A DNA stretch of 58,793 nt. Source: a virus. Its lineage: Duplodnaviria; Caudoviricetes. The notes under the pieces were generated by a model. That model was not told the DNA's origin, did no database searches, and saw only the letters and a program-made list of their open reading frames with translations. A program made the translations under genes and the position numbers. Each line of letters opens with the position of its first letter. Positions within the stretch are counted from its first letter, which is position 1. The stretch lies in IMG/VR virus record IMGVR_UViG_3300017786_003035, positions 1 through 58,793 of that record. One strand, written 5' to 3'. Below are positions 8,019 to 16,135 of the stretch, piece after piece.

Positions 8019-8194
8019 AATTTTCTCCAACTGTTAGGTTGGCCTTCTTTAGGAGTTTGTCCAATGTACTCTTCTCCTGTTTCTTGATCAATTAACTTCC
8101 ACTTCATTGGTGCTTTTGTTTTTATAACAAGTGTAACTGGTTCATCAAGTTCGTACACAGTCACTCCGTTCTTAAGTTTTCTTTGCTTCTGCAT
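8015..8194 (-). CDS. Small hypothetical protein (59 aa)
   Basis: Read by hand: MQKQRKLKNGVTVYELDEPVTLVIKTKAPMKWKLIDQETGEEYIGQTPKEGQPNSWRKL*. Overlaps both neighbours. Confidence 0.6.
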   Translation of the reverse strand: MQKQRKLKNGVTVYELDEPVTLVIKTKAPMKWKLIDQETGEEYIGQTPKEGQPNSWRKL

Positions 8195-8675
8195 TCGCTA
8201 CTGCTTCTTTCCACTTAGCAGGAATACAATGGTCCCGCATACTAATTCCGTTCAACTGATCTAATTTTTGTTGAAACGCTCTTCCAGCATAACCAAAAAG
8301 CCATTCTTCTCTTACCTTGCCTTGTACTGTAGTCCATTGAGCACGTATCTCAGTTGGTCTTATAATTTCTACAGTAACTCCTGGGTAACTAAGATCAGTT
8401 TCAAACATACTTACATCACCTTTTCTAGTTTCAAGGATAGCAGGGTTAATTGCCATCATCTCCATATCAGATACTTGATTAGTACAACTGTTTAGCATAA
8501 TAAAAAATCTATGCGGAAGTCCTACTTGATTAGCGGCTAGTGCTAATCCTCTTTTTGCTTTTAACAAATCCCACATTTCTTTTTTTAATTCTTCTAAATT
8601 AAGATCATTATTTTCAAAGTCAAACTCTTCTACTGTTTGATCTAGTGTGTCATTTGGATATAACAATACTTCCAT
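8172..8675 (-). CDS. def: Peptide deformylase homologue, predicted catalytically inactive
   Basis: GLALAANQVG and INP conserved; EGCLS replaced by ETDLS; QHExDHLxG replaced by QQKLDQLNG. Confidence 0.8.
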   Translation of the reverse strand: MEVLLYPNDTLDQTVEEFDFENNDLNLEELKKEMWDLLKAKRGLALAANQVGLPHRFFIMLNSCTNQVSDMEMMAINPAILETRKGDVSMFETDLSYPGVTVEIIRPTEIRAQWTTVQGKVREEWLFGYAGRAFQQKLDQLNGISMRDHCIPAKWKEAVANAEAKKT

Positions 8676-9238
8676 TACTTTTTCTCCTCATACATATAGT
8701 CTATAACAAAGACTCTTTTATTTTGTCTAGTAGGATACGTTCCATGTATAACTGTGCTTTTCATAATAAGAACATCTCCTTTGTTAGGCTTGTAACATAA
8801 ATCATGTGTGTTACCTTCGCCGTCATATAAAAAAGCAAAAGTCCCACCGTGGTATGTAGATAAATCATCGTCGGGGTCAGTCAAATAACAAACAGCTGAA
8901 ATTTTATTTACTGTTTGGTCGCTGTGCCTGTGTGCTTTTTGCCATCCACCTTTACGATAGTCTACAGTCCATAACGCACATAACTCTGTTAGTTCTATAT
9001 TTAACCCTACTTCGTCTATCTTTGACTGTAAAAATGGCTTATACTTCCATTGATTGAGATATGCGTTAGGATGGATATTCCATTGCTTGCCTCTATATGT
9101 ACTAGTCTGATCACTCACATCTTCGCGTGTTTCTGCTGGAAATACTTTCTTATCCCAATGATAATCAAACTCTTCGTAATCATCATAATGACTTTCAATA
9201 ATCCATTGATGAGCATTACCTAATAAATGCGTTTTCAT
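8675..9238 (-). CDS. 2OG-Fe(II) oxygenase-like (double-stranded beta helix) protein
   Basis: QKAHRH, ISAVCYL, PNKGDVLI....IHGTYP, KR pattern. Confidence 0.65.
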   Translation of the reverse strand: MKTHLLGNAHQWIIESHYDDYEEFDYHWDKKVFPAETREDVSDQTSTYRGKQWNIHPNAYLNQWKYKPFLQSKIDEVGLNIELTELCALWTVDYRKGGWQKAHRHSDQTVNKISAVCYLTDPDDDLSTYHGGTFAFLYDGEGNTHDLCYKPNKGDVLIMKSTVIHGTYPTRQNKRVFVIDYMYEEKK

Positions 9239-9921
9239 AAATTGCTTTCCTTTACTACTATTTTTAATGAGTCAACGTCTGCTTTCATCTTTCTAAATCT
9301 CATAGCCCAATGCTGTGGATTTAGAACATGAAACACAATATCAAGTTGTTCATCACTAAACTTACCTAACATTTCTTTCCCACTACTACAATTTAGTATA
9401 AGCCACGGACTAACCTTACCATCTCTGATATCTCTAGTTACTCGATTCAAACTACAATATCTAAAATAGTCATTCCATGGTGCTTGTGCTTCTGTAGCCC
9501 ATTCCATCATATTATCAATACTACGTCTTACTGCTACTTCCATATCTTCTTTAAGTATAAGTTCAAGTGCGTATTTTTCGTACAGTTCGTCTCTACACCA
9601 ATGATCAAGTTTTACTCTACTTGTTACTACATAGTCAATATACTTCTCAGGATATAATGGTCTTACATTGCTAACAAAACTACCAAATTTAACAAAGGCA
9701 TTATAGTAAGCACTATTACAAAACTCTTCGTATGTCTTTTCTTTTTTAGCACCCGCACTTAATTTATAGAATCTACCAAAAGCATAAAATCCTAGTTGTA
9801 CTCTTTTTTCATTCTTTTGTAATGCTCTACGTTTCTTTTCGCACATATGTACAGCTAATGTTTTTTCTTTAACATAACTACTACCGCAGTATTCGCATTT
9901 GAATGGTTTATCAATTGTCAT
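9235..9921 (-). CDS. Hypothetical protein with N-terminal C2HC/C2H2-type zinc finger
   Basis: FKCEYCGSSYVKEKTLAVHMC; start moved to ATG 9921. Confidence 0.65.
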   Translation of the reverse strand: MTIDKPFKCEYCGSSYVKEKTLAVHMCEKKRRALQKNEKRVQLGFYAFGRFYKLSAGAKKEKTYEEFCNSAYYNAFVKFGSFVSNVRPLYPEKYIDYVVTSRVKLDHWCRDELYEKYALELILKEDMEVAVRRSIDNMMEWATEAQAPWNDYFRYCSLNRVTRDIRDGKVSPWLILNCSSGKEMLGKFSDEQLDIVFHVLNPQHWAMRFRKMKADVDSLKIVVKESNL

Positions 9922-9925
9922 CTGT

Positions 9926-10657
9926 TTAAACGATCCATTCGATACTTTTCGGTGATTCAAATATTCTATCATACTCTTTAAATTCCAATGCCGATATTTT
10001 CTTGTGCCATTCGTCTACTAATGCTTTTGTTTTATCACTTACTTTATATTGTAACACATCTTCAACGAAAGAGCAATGCTCTAATGGCAAAGGGTGATCT
10101 TCAATTAACCAATTTCCGTCTCTTTTATATTGTGGTCTTGTCTTATCAGTTTCTATACCTGGATACCAAAATTGTTCTGTCATAGTTTTAGTTTGCGGAG
10201 TTACCCATTCTTTATATAAATCAAGAACTGGTCTTATACTAAGGTCTTCAAGTAGTAGTCCGTCAATGTAAGGGTTATTGATGTGTGTACTAATAACGTT
10301 TGCGTTTGACGCTCTAAGAGCTTGTAAGGTGCTAGTAATTGTAGCACAGTCTCTATATACATAGTATTCTAAATCTTGAAATGTATTCTTACTATGGAAT
10401 ACATTACCGTGGCAATTCCATTTACTGTCACTATATTCATCTTCTCTAAAAAAGTTACTCCACATAATAATAATTGTGTCGTCGCTATTAAATTTCATTT
10501 TAGCATTTGTTTCGTGAATACGTTGACTGATTAGTTGATTACCGCTTCCAAGTTTGCCACAGTTGTATCCTTCATCAACATCGTTAATAATAATATCAGC
10601 CCAAGTAGGATAATAATATTTTGTGAAGCTACATCCATAAGCAAAAAATCTACTCAT
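9926..10657 (-). CDS. SGNH-hydrolase-like protein
   Basis: N-terminal GCSFT, NCGKLGSGN, C-terminal DHP. Confidence 0.55.
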   Translation of the reverse strand: MSRFFAYGCSFTKYYYPTWADIIINDVDEGYNCGKLGSGNQLISQRIHETNAKMKFNSDDTIIIMWSNFFREDEYSDSKWNCHGNVFHSKNTFQDLEYYVYRDCATITSTLQALRASNANVISTHINNPYIDGLLLEDLSIRPVLDLYKEWVTPQTKTMTEQFWYPGIETDKTRPQYKRDGNWLIEDHPLPLEHCSFVEDVLQYKVSDKTKALVDEWHKKISALEFKEYDRIFESPKSIEWIV

Positions 10658-11109
10658 AGTTTTACTTTATCCATTCCGTATTCTTTTGCTAGTGCTTGAA
10701 TATCTTTCTTTGTCATAATCTTAGCAAGCATTTCTATTTCGTCTATTTTCTTATTAGGATATAGTTCTGCTAAAAACTTAGACGACTTACTGTTATCAGT
10801 TGTTTTCTTTTTGTAACCAATCCATTGATGATATTCGATCTTTTTACTGTTACCTGATAAACATATTAGTTGCCATAGTAACTTCTTATGTTTCTGTAGT
10901 GTAAAGAAATGTTTGTTGTAGTATTCGTTTGTTTTGAATATAGCAAGCTCTTGATTATCTCTGCCACCGGAAACACTGCTAACATATCTGTTTAGTAGAT
11001 AGAAACTTACTTGTTTCTTTTCGTCATCAGTTAATTCATCCCATACATTTGTTGCGCCCATGTCGATGGCCGCTAGTATATCTTTTATCGGGAGTTTTGT
11101 TTGTGCCAT
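10654..11109 (-). CDS. Putative clamp-loader small subunit (T4 gp62-like)
   Basis: YLLNRYVS...NE..N...W..KKK pattern and size resemble the gp62 family; remote similarity only. Confidence 0.45.
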   Translation of the reverse strand: MAQTKLPIKDILAAIDMGATNVWDELTDDEKKQVSFYLLNRYVSSVSGGRDNQELAIFKTNEYYNKHFFTLQKHKKLLWQLICLSGNSKKIEYHQWIGYKKKTTDNSKSSKFLAELYPNKKIDEIEMLAKIMTKKDIQALAKEYGMDKVKL

Positions 11110-11762
11110 TCTTTTACATCCTCAGGTGTGTTAATCTCAATTCCGTTAAACTCAACTTCAACACAACCAATCTCAACATTATTTTGTATCCAACGCAGTT
11201 GCTCAAGTTTCTCAATCTCTTCTTCTTTACTAGGCTTTGTATCTTTTAATATCGGCGCAAGTCCTGATCTGTATCCATATATACCAAGATGCCAATCACC
11301 GTATGCTAATTTTGCTCTACAAAACCAATGTGCGTAATCTCCTGTTCGTATTAGTTTAACACAATTTGGATCTTTTAGCAAGTCTTTTGGCATACTAGTA
11401 TAAGCAGTTGCTACATCATATAAGTCTAGTTTGTCTTTTACTGCCCTAATAATTTTTCTATTAATGTCAGGCATGTCACCTTGTACGTTTATAACTTTAT
11501 CATATTGTGTTGGTAGTTGTGATAGAGAACCAAAGCATCTTTCAGTGCCACTTTGATAATCTCTATTATCAATAATTGTTTGTCCTTCTGGAATTACTTC
11601 TGCTACACGTTCGTCGTCTGTTAATACAAATGTGTCTATCTCAGCTGGACAATTATCGTATACTCGACGTACCATTGGAACACCGTCTAATAGTGCTAAT
11701 GGTTTCTCTGGAAACCTTGTACTGCCAATTCTAGCAGGTATAAGAATAACGCACGATTTCAT
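11085..11762 (-). CDS. kdsB: CMP-Kdo synthetase (3-deoxy-manno-octulosonate cytidylyltransferase)
   Basis: IPARIGSTRFPEKPLA, SGTER, INVQGD, HLGIYGY, EKLEQLRW, INTPED. Confidence 0.93.
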   Translation of the reverse strand: MKSCVILIPARIGSTRFPEKPLALLDGVPMVRRVYDNCPAEIDTFVLTDDERVAEVIPEGQTIIDNRDYQSGTERCFGSLSQLPTQYDKVINVQGDMPDINRKIIRAVKDKLDLYDVATAYTSMPKDLLKDPNCVKLIRTGDYAHWFCRAKLAYGDWHLGIYGYRSGLAPILKDTKPSKEEEIEKLEQLRWIQNNVEIGCVEVEFNGIEINTPEDVKEWHKQNSR

Positions 11763-12504
11763 CTACTACCTTTTCAAAGTTATCTAGTCTAAGCATATTT
11801 GGACCATCGCTTGGCGAGTCATCAGGCATAGGGTGGACTTCGAGGAAGAAGGAAGTGACCCCAAGAGCAGACCCAGCACGAGCAAGCCCAGGCACGTAAT
11901 CACGATTCCCGCCGCTACTAGTCCCCAGTCCTCCGGGTTTTTGGACAGAGTGCGTAACATCAAACACAATATCAGAATCATAATTATCGAGCATATAGAT
12001 AAGACCAGTATAATCGACAACAAGACTATTGTATCCAAAACTTGTACCTCTCTCTGTAACCCATACTTCTTTAGCGCCTTCTGTCTTAGACAATATGCCT
12101 TTCATGTCCCAGGGTGCTAAGAATTGTCCCTTTTTTATATTTACTATTTTATCTGTAGCACAAGCCGCTTGTAATAGATCAGTTTGTCTACATAAGAAAG
12201 CAGGTATCTGATACACATCAACAGCATCTTTAAATTCTCTTTCAATACGAGAAACTTGTACATAGTCATGTACATCTGTAAGTGTCTTTACACCTAGTTC
12301 TACTTTCAAAGCAAGAAAGTCAGTTAGTGTTGTTTCTAAGCCTACACCACGTTTGCCGCTTTGACTTGATCTATTGGCTTTGTCAAAACTTGCTTTAAAT
12401 ATGTATTCGATTCCATGTTTGTCACATACACGTTTACATTCTTTAGCAATCATTAAACTATCAGTCAATGTTTCGTGTTGACAAGGTCCTGCTATAATTC
12501 TCAA
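11731..12504 (-). CDS. kdsA: Kdo-8-phosphate synthase (metal-dependent type, GPC motif)
   Basis: IAGPC, KASFDKANRSS, QIPAFLCRQTDL, NIKKGQF, ERG, FDVTHSVQ, EVHP, SDG. Confidence 0.96.
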   Translation of the reverse strand: MRIIAGPCQHETLTDSLMIAKECKRVCDKHGIEYIFKASFDKANRSSQSGKRGVGLETTLTDFLALKVELGVKTLTDVHDYVQVSRIEREFKDAVDVYQIPAFLCRQTDLLQAACATDKIVNIKKGQFLAPWDMKGILSKTEGAKEVWVTERGTSFGYNSLVVDYTGLIYMLDNYDSDIVFDVTHSVQKPGGLGTSSGGNRDYVPGLARAGSALGVTSFFLEVHPMPDDSPSDGPNMLRLDNFEKVVDEIVRYSYTC

Positions 12505-12830
12505 TGTGATCTCCTACCATCAAACACACATACAAAGTAAAGTTCTTCGTACATGCCTGCGTGTACTCTATGGAATACTCCGTCTTCAATTAATACAACA
12601 TCGCCTGGCTGAACTTTGATAGTATCATCATCTAGTTCCATCTTACCAGTACCTTCAATAAAGTAATATACTTCTTCTTGGCCTTCATGCTTGTGGCCTG
12701 ATGTTGCTTTACGTGGTTGTAGTCTAGTGCTACTAACTACTAAATTCTTTAGTGTTGTATTATCTTTTACAACATATCTTTCATCTTGTTTAGCAACTTC
12801 TCCACCTATATCATTAATGCTTAATCTCAT
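12501..12830 (-). CDS. Cupin domain protein
   Basis: GHKH...EEVYYFIEG.G...PGD....G.FHRV. Confidence 0.8.
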   Translation of the reverse strand: MRLSINDIGGEVAKQDERYVVKDNTTLKNLVVSSTRLQPRKATSGHKHEGQEEVYYFIEGTGKMELDDDTIKVQPGDVVLIEDGVFHRVHAGMYEELYFVCVFDGRRSH

Positions 12831-13090
12831 TTTATTTCCTGTGTTTTAATAATATAATATGTATTCACTAATTTGTCAAGAAGTTTTTTTAATGTTTTGT
12901 TGGTTTTGGCTAACTCCAACAGTTCGTTCCATTCAGCTGTTGTTAACATTTTACCTTGGGCTCTTGCTACACCTTCTGAACTTCCACCTACAATCCAACG
13001 AGGAATGTCAGGCTTATCGCGATAACGAGCGTAGACAACATCGTCGCTACGCTCGTATATCATTGCTTCATTTGGAAGTAAATTTCCCAA
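12827..13090 (-). CDS. Hypothetical protein
   Basis: 87-aa ORF (TTG start), coupled to both neighbours; IYER..DVVYAR motif. Confidence 0.6.
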   Translation of the reverse strand: MGNLLPNEAMIYERSDDVVYARYRDKPDIPRWIVGGSSEGVARAQGKMLTTAEWNELLELAKTNKTLKKLLDKLVNTYYIIKTQEIK

Positions 13091-13091
13091 C

Positions 13092-13802
13092 TTACTTCGA
13101 CTTCTTTTTAGCAGGAGTTTTCTTAGCCGGTGCTTTTACTTTAGCTTTGGCTTTTGGCTTCTCCACTACTTCGTCTTTAAGAACTAAAGCATCTACACCA
13201 AACTTGTCCTTCAAATATTTAAGTAACAAGCCGTATGCTGGTAGGAACACAATTAAGCCTACAACAATTTTTGTTAATGTATTGTTGAATGCTACTGGTC
13301 CAACCCACGGCGCAGGATAAAATGCTGTGTAGAAAAACGCATATGTATCAATAATGTTTGCCGCAATAGTTGATACTGCTGGAGCAATCCACCACGCACT
13401 CATACGCTCTCTAATATGTTGGAATACATATACGTCAAGCATTGTACCTACAGCATATGCCGTACCTGATGCTAAACCTACTCTGTACGCATGTTCATCA
13501 CCTAGTGCTAATAGTACTAGTACTGATGCTACAATAGCAGGAATAATTGCCATTGCTACAACGGCTCTACCTGCTTGCTTACCAACTAGACGTACTGTTA
13601 AGTCAGTTGCTACAACAACGATCGGAAATGTAAACGCCGCCGCCGCTAATGGAAATGATCCAAACAAGGGCAATTCTGCTCCTGGGAATAAATCAAATCT
13701 AATTGTCACCAAGTAATTACTAACAGCAATTACTAGTGTGTGTAGAATCACAAGATTCCTTACAAGCGTCTTGTCTACACCTTCTAAAAGTTTTGTGAAC
13801 AT
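13092..13802 (-). CDS. yhhQ: VUT/YhhQ family transporter (queuosine precursor preQ0/preQ1 type)
   Basis: SNYLV, AFTFP...ATDLTVRL.G...AR, R..LAS..AY..G..LDV.VF, ST...N..DT..F; multiple TM segments. Confidence 0.85.
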   Translation of the reverse strand: MFTKLLEGVDKTLVRNLVILHTLVIAVSNYLVTIRFDLFPGAELPLFGSFPLAAAAFTFPIVVVATDLTVRLVGKQAGRAVVAMAIIPAIVASVLVLLALGDEHAYRVGLASGTAYAVGTMLDVYVFQHIRERMSAWWIAPAVSTIAANIIDTYAFFYTAFYPAPWVGPVAFNNTLTKIVVGLIVFLPAYGLLLKYLKDKFGVDALVLKDEVVEKPKAKAKVKAPAKKTPAKKKSK

Positions 13803-13810
13803 ATGTTCTC

Positions 13811-14182
13811 CTATTTTTTCACTTTTGTTCCGACAGTTCTACGCACAATATCATTGTGGTTGAATTCTGCCCAATAAAGTTCAAAAGCAACTCCGTCTTC
13901 GAGGCCTTCGAACTGATGGATTTTACCAGGCTTAACTTGTGTAAAATCCCCTGCTTCAAGAATGGTTTCATCTACGAGACCATCCTGATCATCTTGCCAA
14001 ACACGGACAAGCATCTTGCCCGATTCAACAAAGAATCCGTTCCATTTATATTGGTGTTCATGTTCTGAACACTTAAAACCTTTTTTGTATTCGATACGAT
14101 GAAACTCTAGTACACCGTTAGCGTGGATCAATTCAGTCTGACCCCAAACTTTTCCTGCTTTCATTTTAAAGTAGTTCTCCAT
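13811..14182 (-). CDS. Cupin domain protein
   Basis: KVWG.TE, CSEHEH..KWNGF.VESG, PG..HQF. An alternative start is ATG 14164. Confidence 0.75.
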   Translation of the reverse strand: MENYFKMKAGKVWGQTELIHANGVLEFHRIEYKKGFKCSEHEHQYKWNGFFVESGKMLVRVWQDDQDGLVDETILEAGDFTQVKPGKIHQFEGLEDGVAFELYWAEFNHNDIVRRTVGTKVKK

Positions 14183-14681
14183 ATTTTATTAGTTCAGTCT
14201 GGCGTGTTACATCCTTTATAAAATACGCACATAAAGGATTAGGTTTATCTTCAAGTGGGATAGATAGTAATTGTCCTTGTCTCACTTTTGGAAAATACCA
14301 TTTCACATCGTTGTAATAATTAGTTACCTGGACATCCGCAAAGTCAGCCTTAAAGCTGGTTAGTGGATTAAACAGGAACGCTTCAAAGCCTCTATCACTG
14401 ATACTTGTTAACGGAAGTACTTCTAAATCATTTCCGCTTTCGCTACAACCTACAGCAATATGCCAGTCAATGGGCATTTGAATCTCATGGTTTCCTATCT
14501 TCATTACTATACCAGGAGAACTAAATGCCTCCAAGAAAATTAACGGTATGTAAAAGAAGTCTGGATTTTCTTTGTCGCTATTATCTAAAACACTAAACCG
14601 AATATCTTCTTCGATTTGGTCCGGTAATGTATTTAGGTCAAGCGCCTCGTTTTCTAATGTTAATATTTTTGTCATTGCCAA
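14166..14681 (-). CDS. Hypothetical protein coupled to uvsW
   Basis: 171-aa beta-rich ORF overlapping the uvsW stop. Confidence 0.7.
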   Translation of the reverse strand: MAMTKILTLENEALDLNTLPDQIEEDIRFSVLDNSDKENPDFFYIPLIFLEAFSSPGIVMKIGNHEIQMPIDWHIAVGCSESGNDLEVLPLTSISDRGFEAFLFNPLTSFKADFADVQVTNYYNDVKWYFPKVRQGQLLSIPLEDKPNPLCAYFIKDVTRQTELIKYGELL

Positions 14682-16135
14682 TCTACCTTTTCAATAGTGA
14701 AGGGGTATTGAGCTTCCTTATAAAACTTTTTACGCTGAGTAAGGTGCCGCTTCGCAAACTTACATGTTGATGTAAGGTCCCATATTTGTACGAAGTCTTT
14801 GTCCTTTGCCTTTCTTACGCCTCTACCGATAGATTGGATTACCCGAACAAAAGACTTTCCAGGTTCAAGCAATACAAGATTAAAAATCCTAGGTATATTA
14901 AGGCCTACTGCCGCAACGCCATATGTTGCGATAATAACCTCATTAGTACCTTCACGAATCGTATCGTATGTTTCTTTCCTGTCTTTAACCTTTACACTTC
15001 CACTAATGAAAGTGCTGTCGGGTATTAGTTCTGCTAACATTTCTCCTGCGGAGATTCTGTCTACTAGTATTAGTGTGTTGCCTGAGTCTTTTACTGTGTT
15101 TAATAGTTTGCCTATATATTCTACTCTTGCTTTATTATTCACAAGATATTTTAATTCTGATTGATAGTCGCTATGTACTTGTGTATCAATTAGTTGTACT
15201 ACATTAACATGACATTGTGATAATACACCTTTGTCTTGTAATTCTTTAGCACTAATTTTTCCTATAACTGGGCCAAGACTAGCATGAATACTTTCAAATT
15301 CAAACTTCTCTTTAGGCACTGTGCCAGTTAGTCCCCAACGTATTGGAGCGTTACGTAGGTTGCGTGTAAGCAGATTTTTTAGCACTTCTGCTTTCGCTTG
15401 GTGTACTTCGTCAACAATAATAGTGCTAACACCTTCTAGGAATTCTGCCAGACTTAATACTGCTGAACCGTCCTTATGTTTCTTGTCAAGTATATTCAAA
15501 CTTTGCCAAGTACAAATAGTGTGAGTCTTACCTAAGTTCTTTCTGTCTCCAAAGTACACCCCTACGTCGAGCCCACAGTTAATATAGTCTTCTTCTGTTT
15601 GTTCTACTAACGACTTGTTAGGAACAATCACAAGTGACCTACCGTAGGGCTCAGCTATGTGTGACAGGGTTGCTGTCGTAATTGTTTTACCTGCTCCAGT
15701 AGCAATCTGTTGCAAGCTCTGTGGATTTTCTAAAAAGTTATTAATTGCTTCTACTTGGTAATCACGTAGAATAATATCTTCACCTTCTGCTGGATGTCCT
15801 TCCGGCCATACAACGCCTTGATCTTTCCAGTAATTTTCTGTTACTGGATCAAATTTTAATTTAATTGGATGTCTTTTATCTACAATATCTACTATTTCAA
15901 CATTGTTCTTTTTTAATACTTCACTAACAACATCAAGATGATTAACATAGCCAGTACCACCAATACTAAAGAAAGCAACTTTACCATCCCAACGCCCAAG
16001 TTTATATTGAGGCATATATCTAGCGTAAGGCACTTCAAACTTAAGAGCACTGGCAAGTTTTCTTCGTACGTCTACCTCTAGTCCTTCTAGCTTTATGTTT
16101 ACTTCATCTTCAATTATCAGTTTACATGTTGGCAT
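14672..16135 (-). CDS. uvsW: SF2 helicase (UvsW-like)
   Basis: LRDYQ, ATGAGKT, VDEVH, GLTGT, QSIGRGVR, N-terminal WDGK; start moved to ATG 16135. Confidence 0.92.
   Translation of the reverse strand: MPTCKLIIEDEVNIKLEGLEVDVRRKLASALKFEVPYARYMPQYKLGRWDGKVAFFSIGGTGYVNHLDVVSEVLKKNNVEIVDIVDKRHPIKLKFDPVTENYWKDQGVVWPEGHPAEGEDIILRDYQVEAINNFLENPQSLQQIATGAGKTITTATLSHIAEPYGRSLVIVPNKSLVEQTEEDYINCGLDVGVYFGDRKNLGKTHTICTWQSLNILDKKHKDGSAVLSLAEFLEGVSTIIVDEVHQAKAEVLKNLLTRNLRNAPIRWGLTGTVPKEKFEFESIHASLGPVIGKISAKELQDKGVLSQCHVNVVQLIDTQVHSDYQSELKYLVNNKARVEYIGKLLNTVKDSGNTLILVDRISAGEMLAELIPDSTFISGSVKVKDRKETYDTIREGTNEVIIATYGVAAVGLNIPRIFNLVLLEPGKSFVRVIQSIGRGVRKAKDKDFVQIWDLTSTCKFAKRHLTQRKKFYKEAQYPFTIEKVDWQ

Noticed and set aside
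7851-8194. Upstream sequence as the frameshifted N-terminal part of dnaE
   Set aside because: It encodes two coherent small ORFs with their own starts and no GRGS or PHP motifs.
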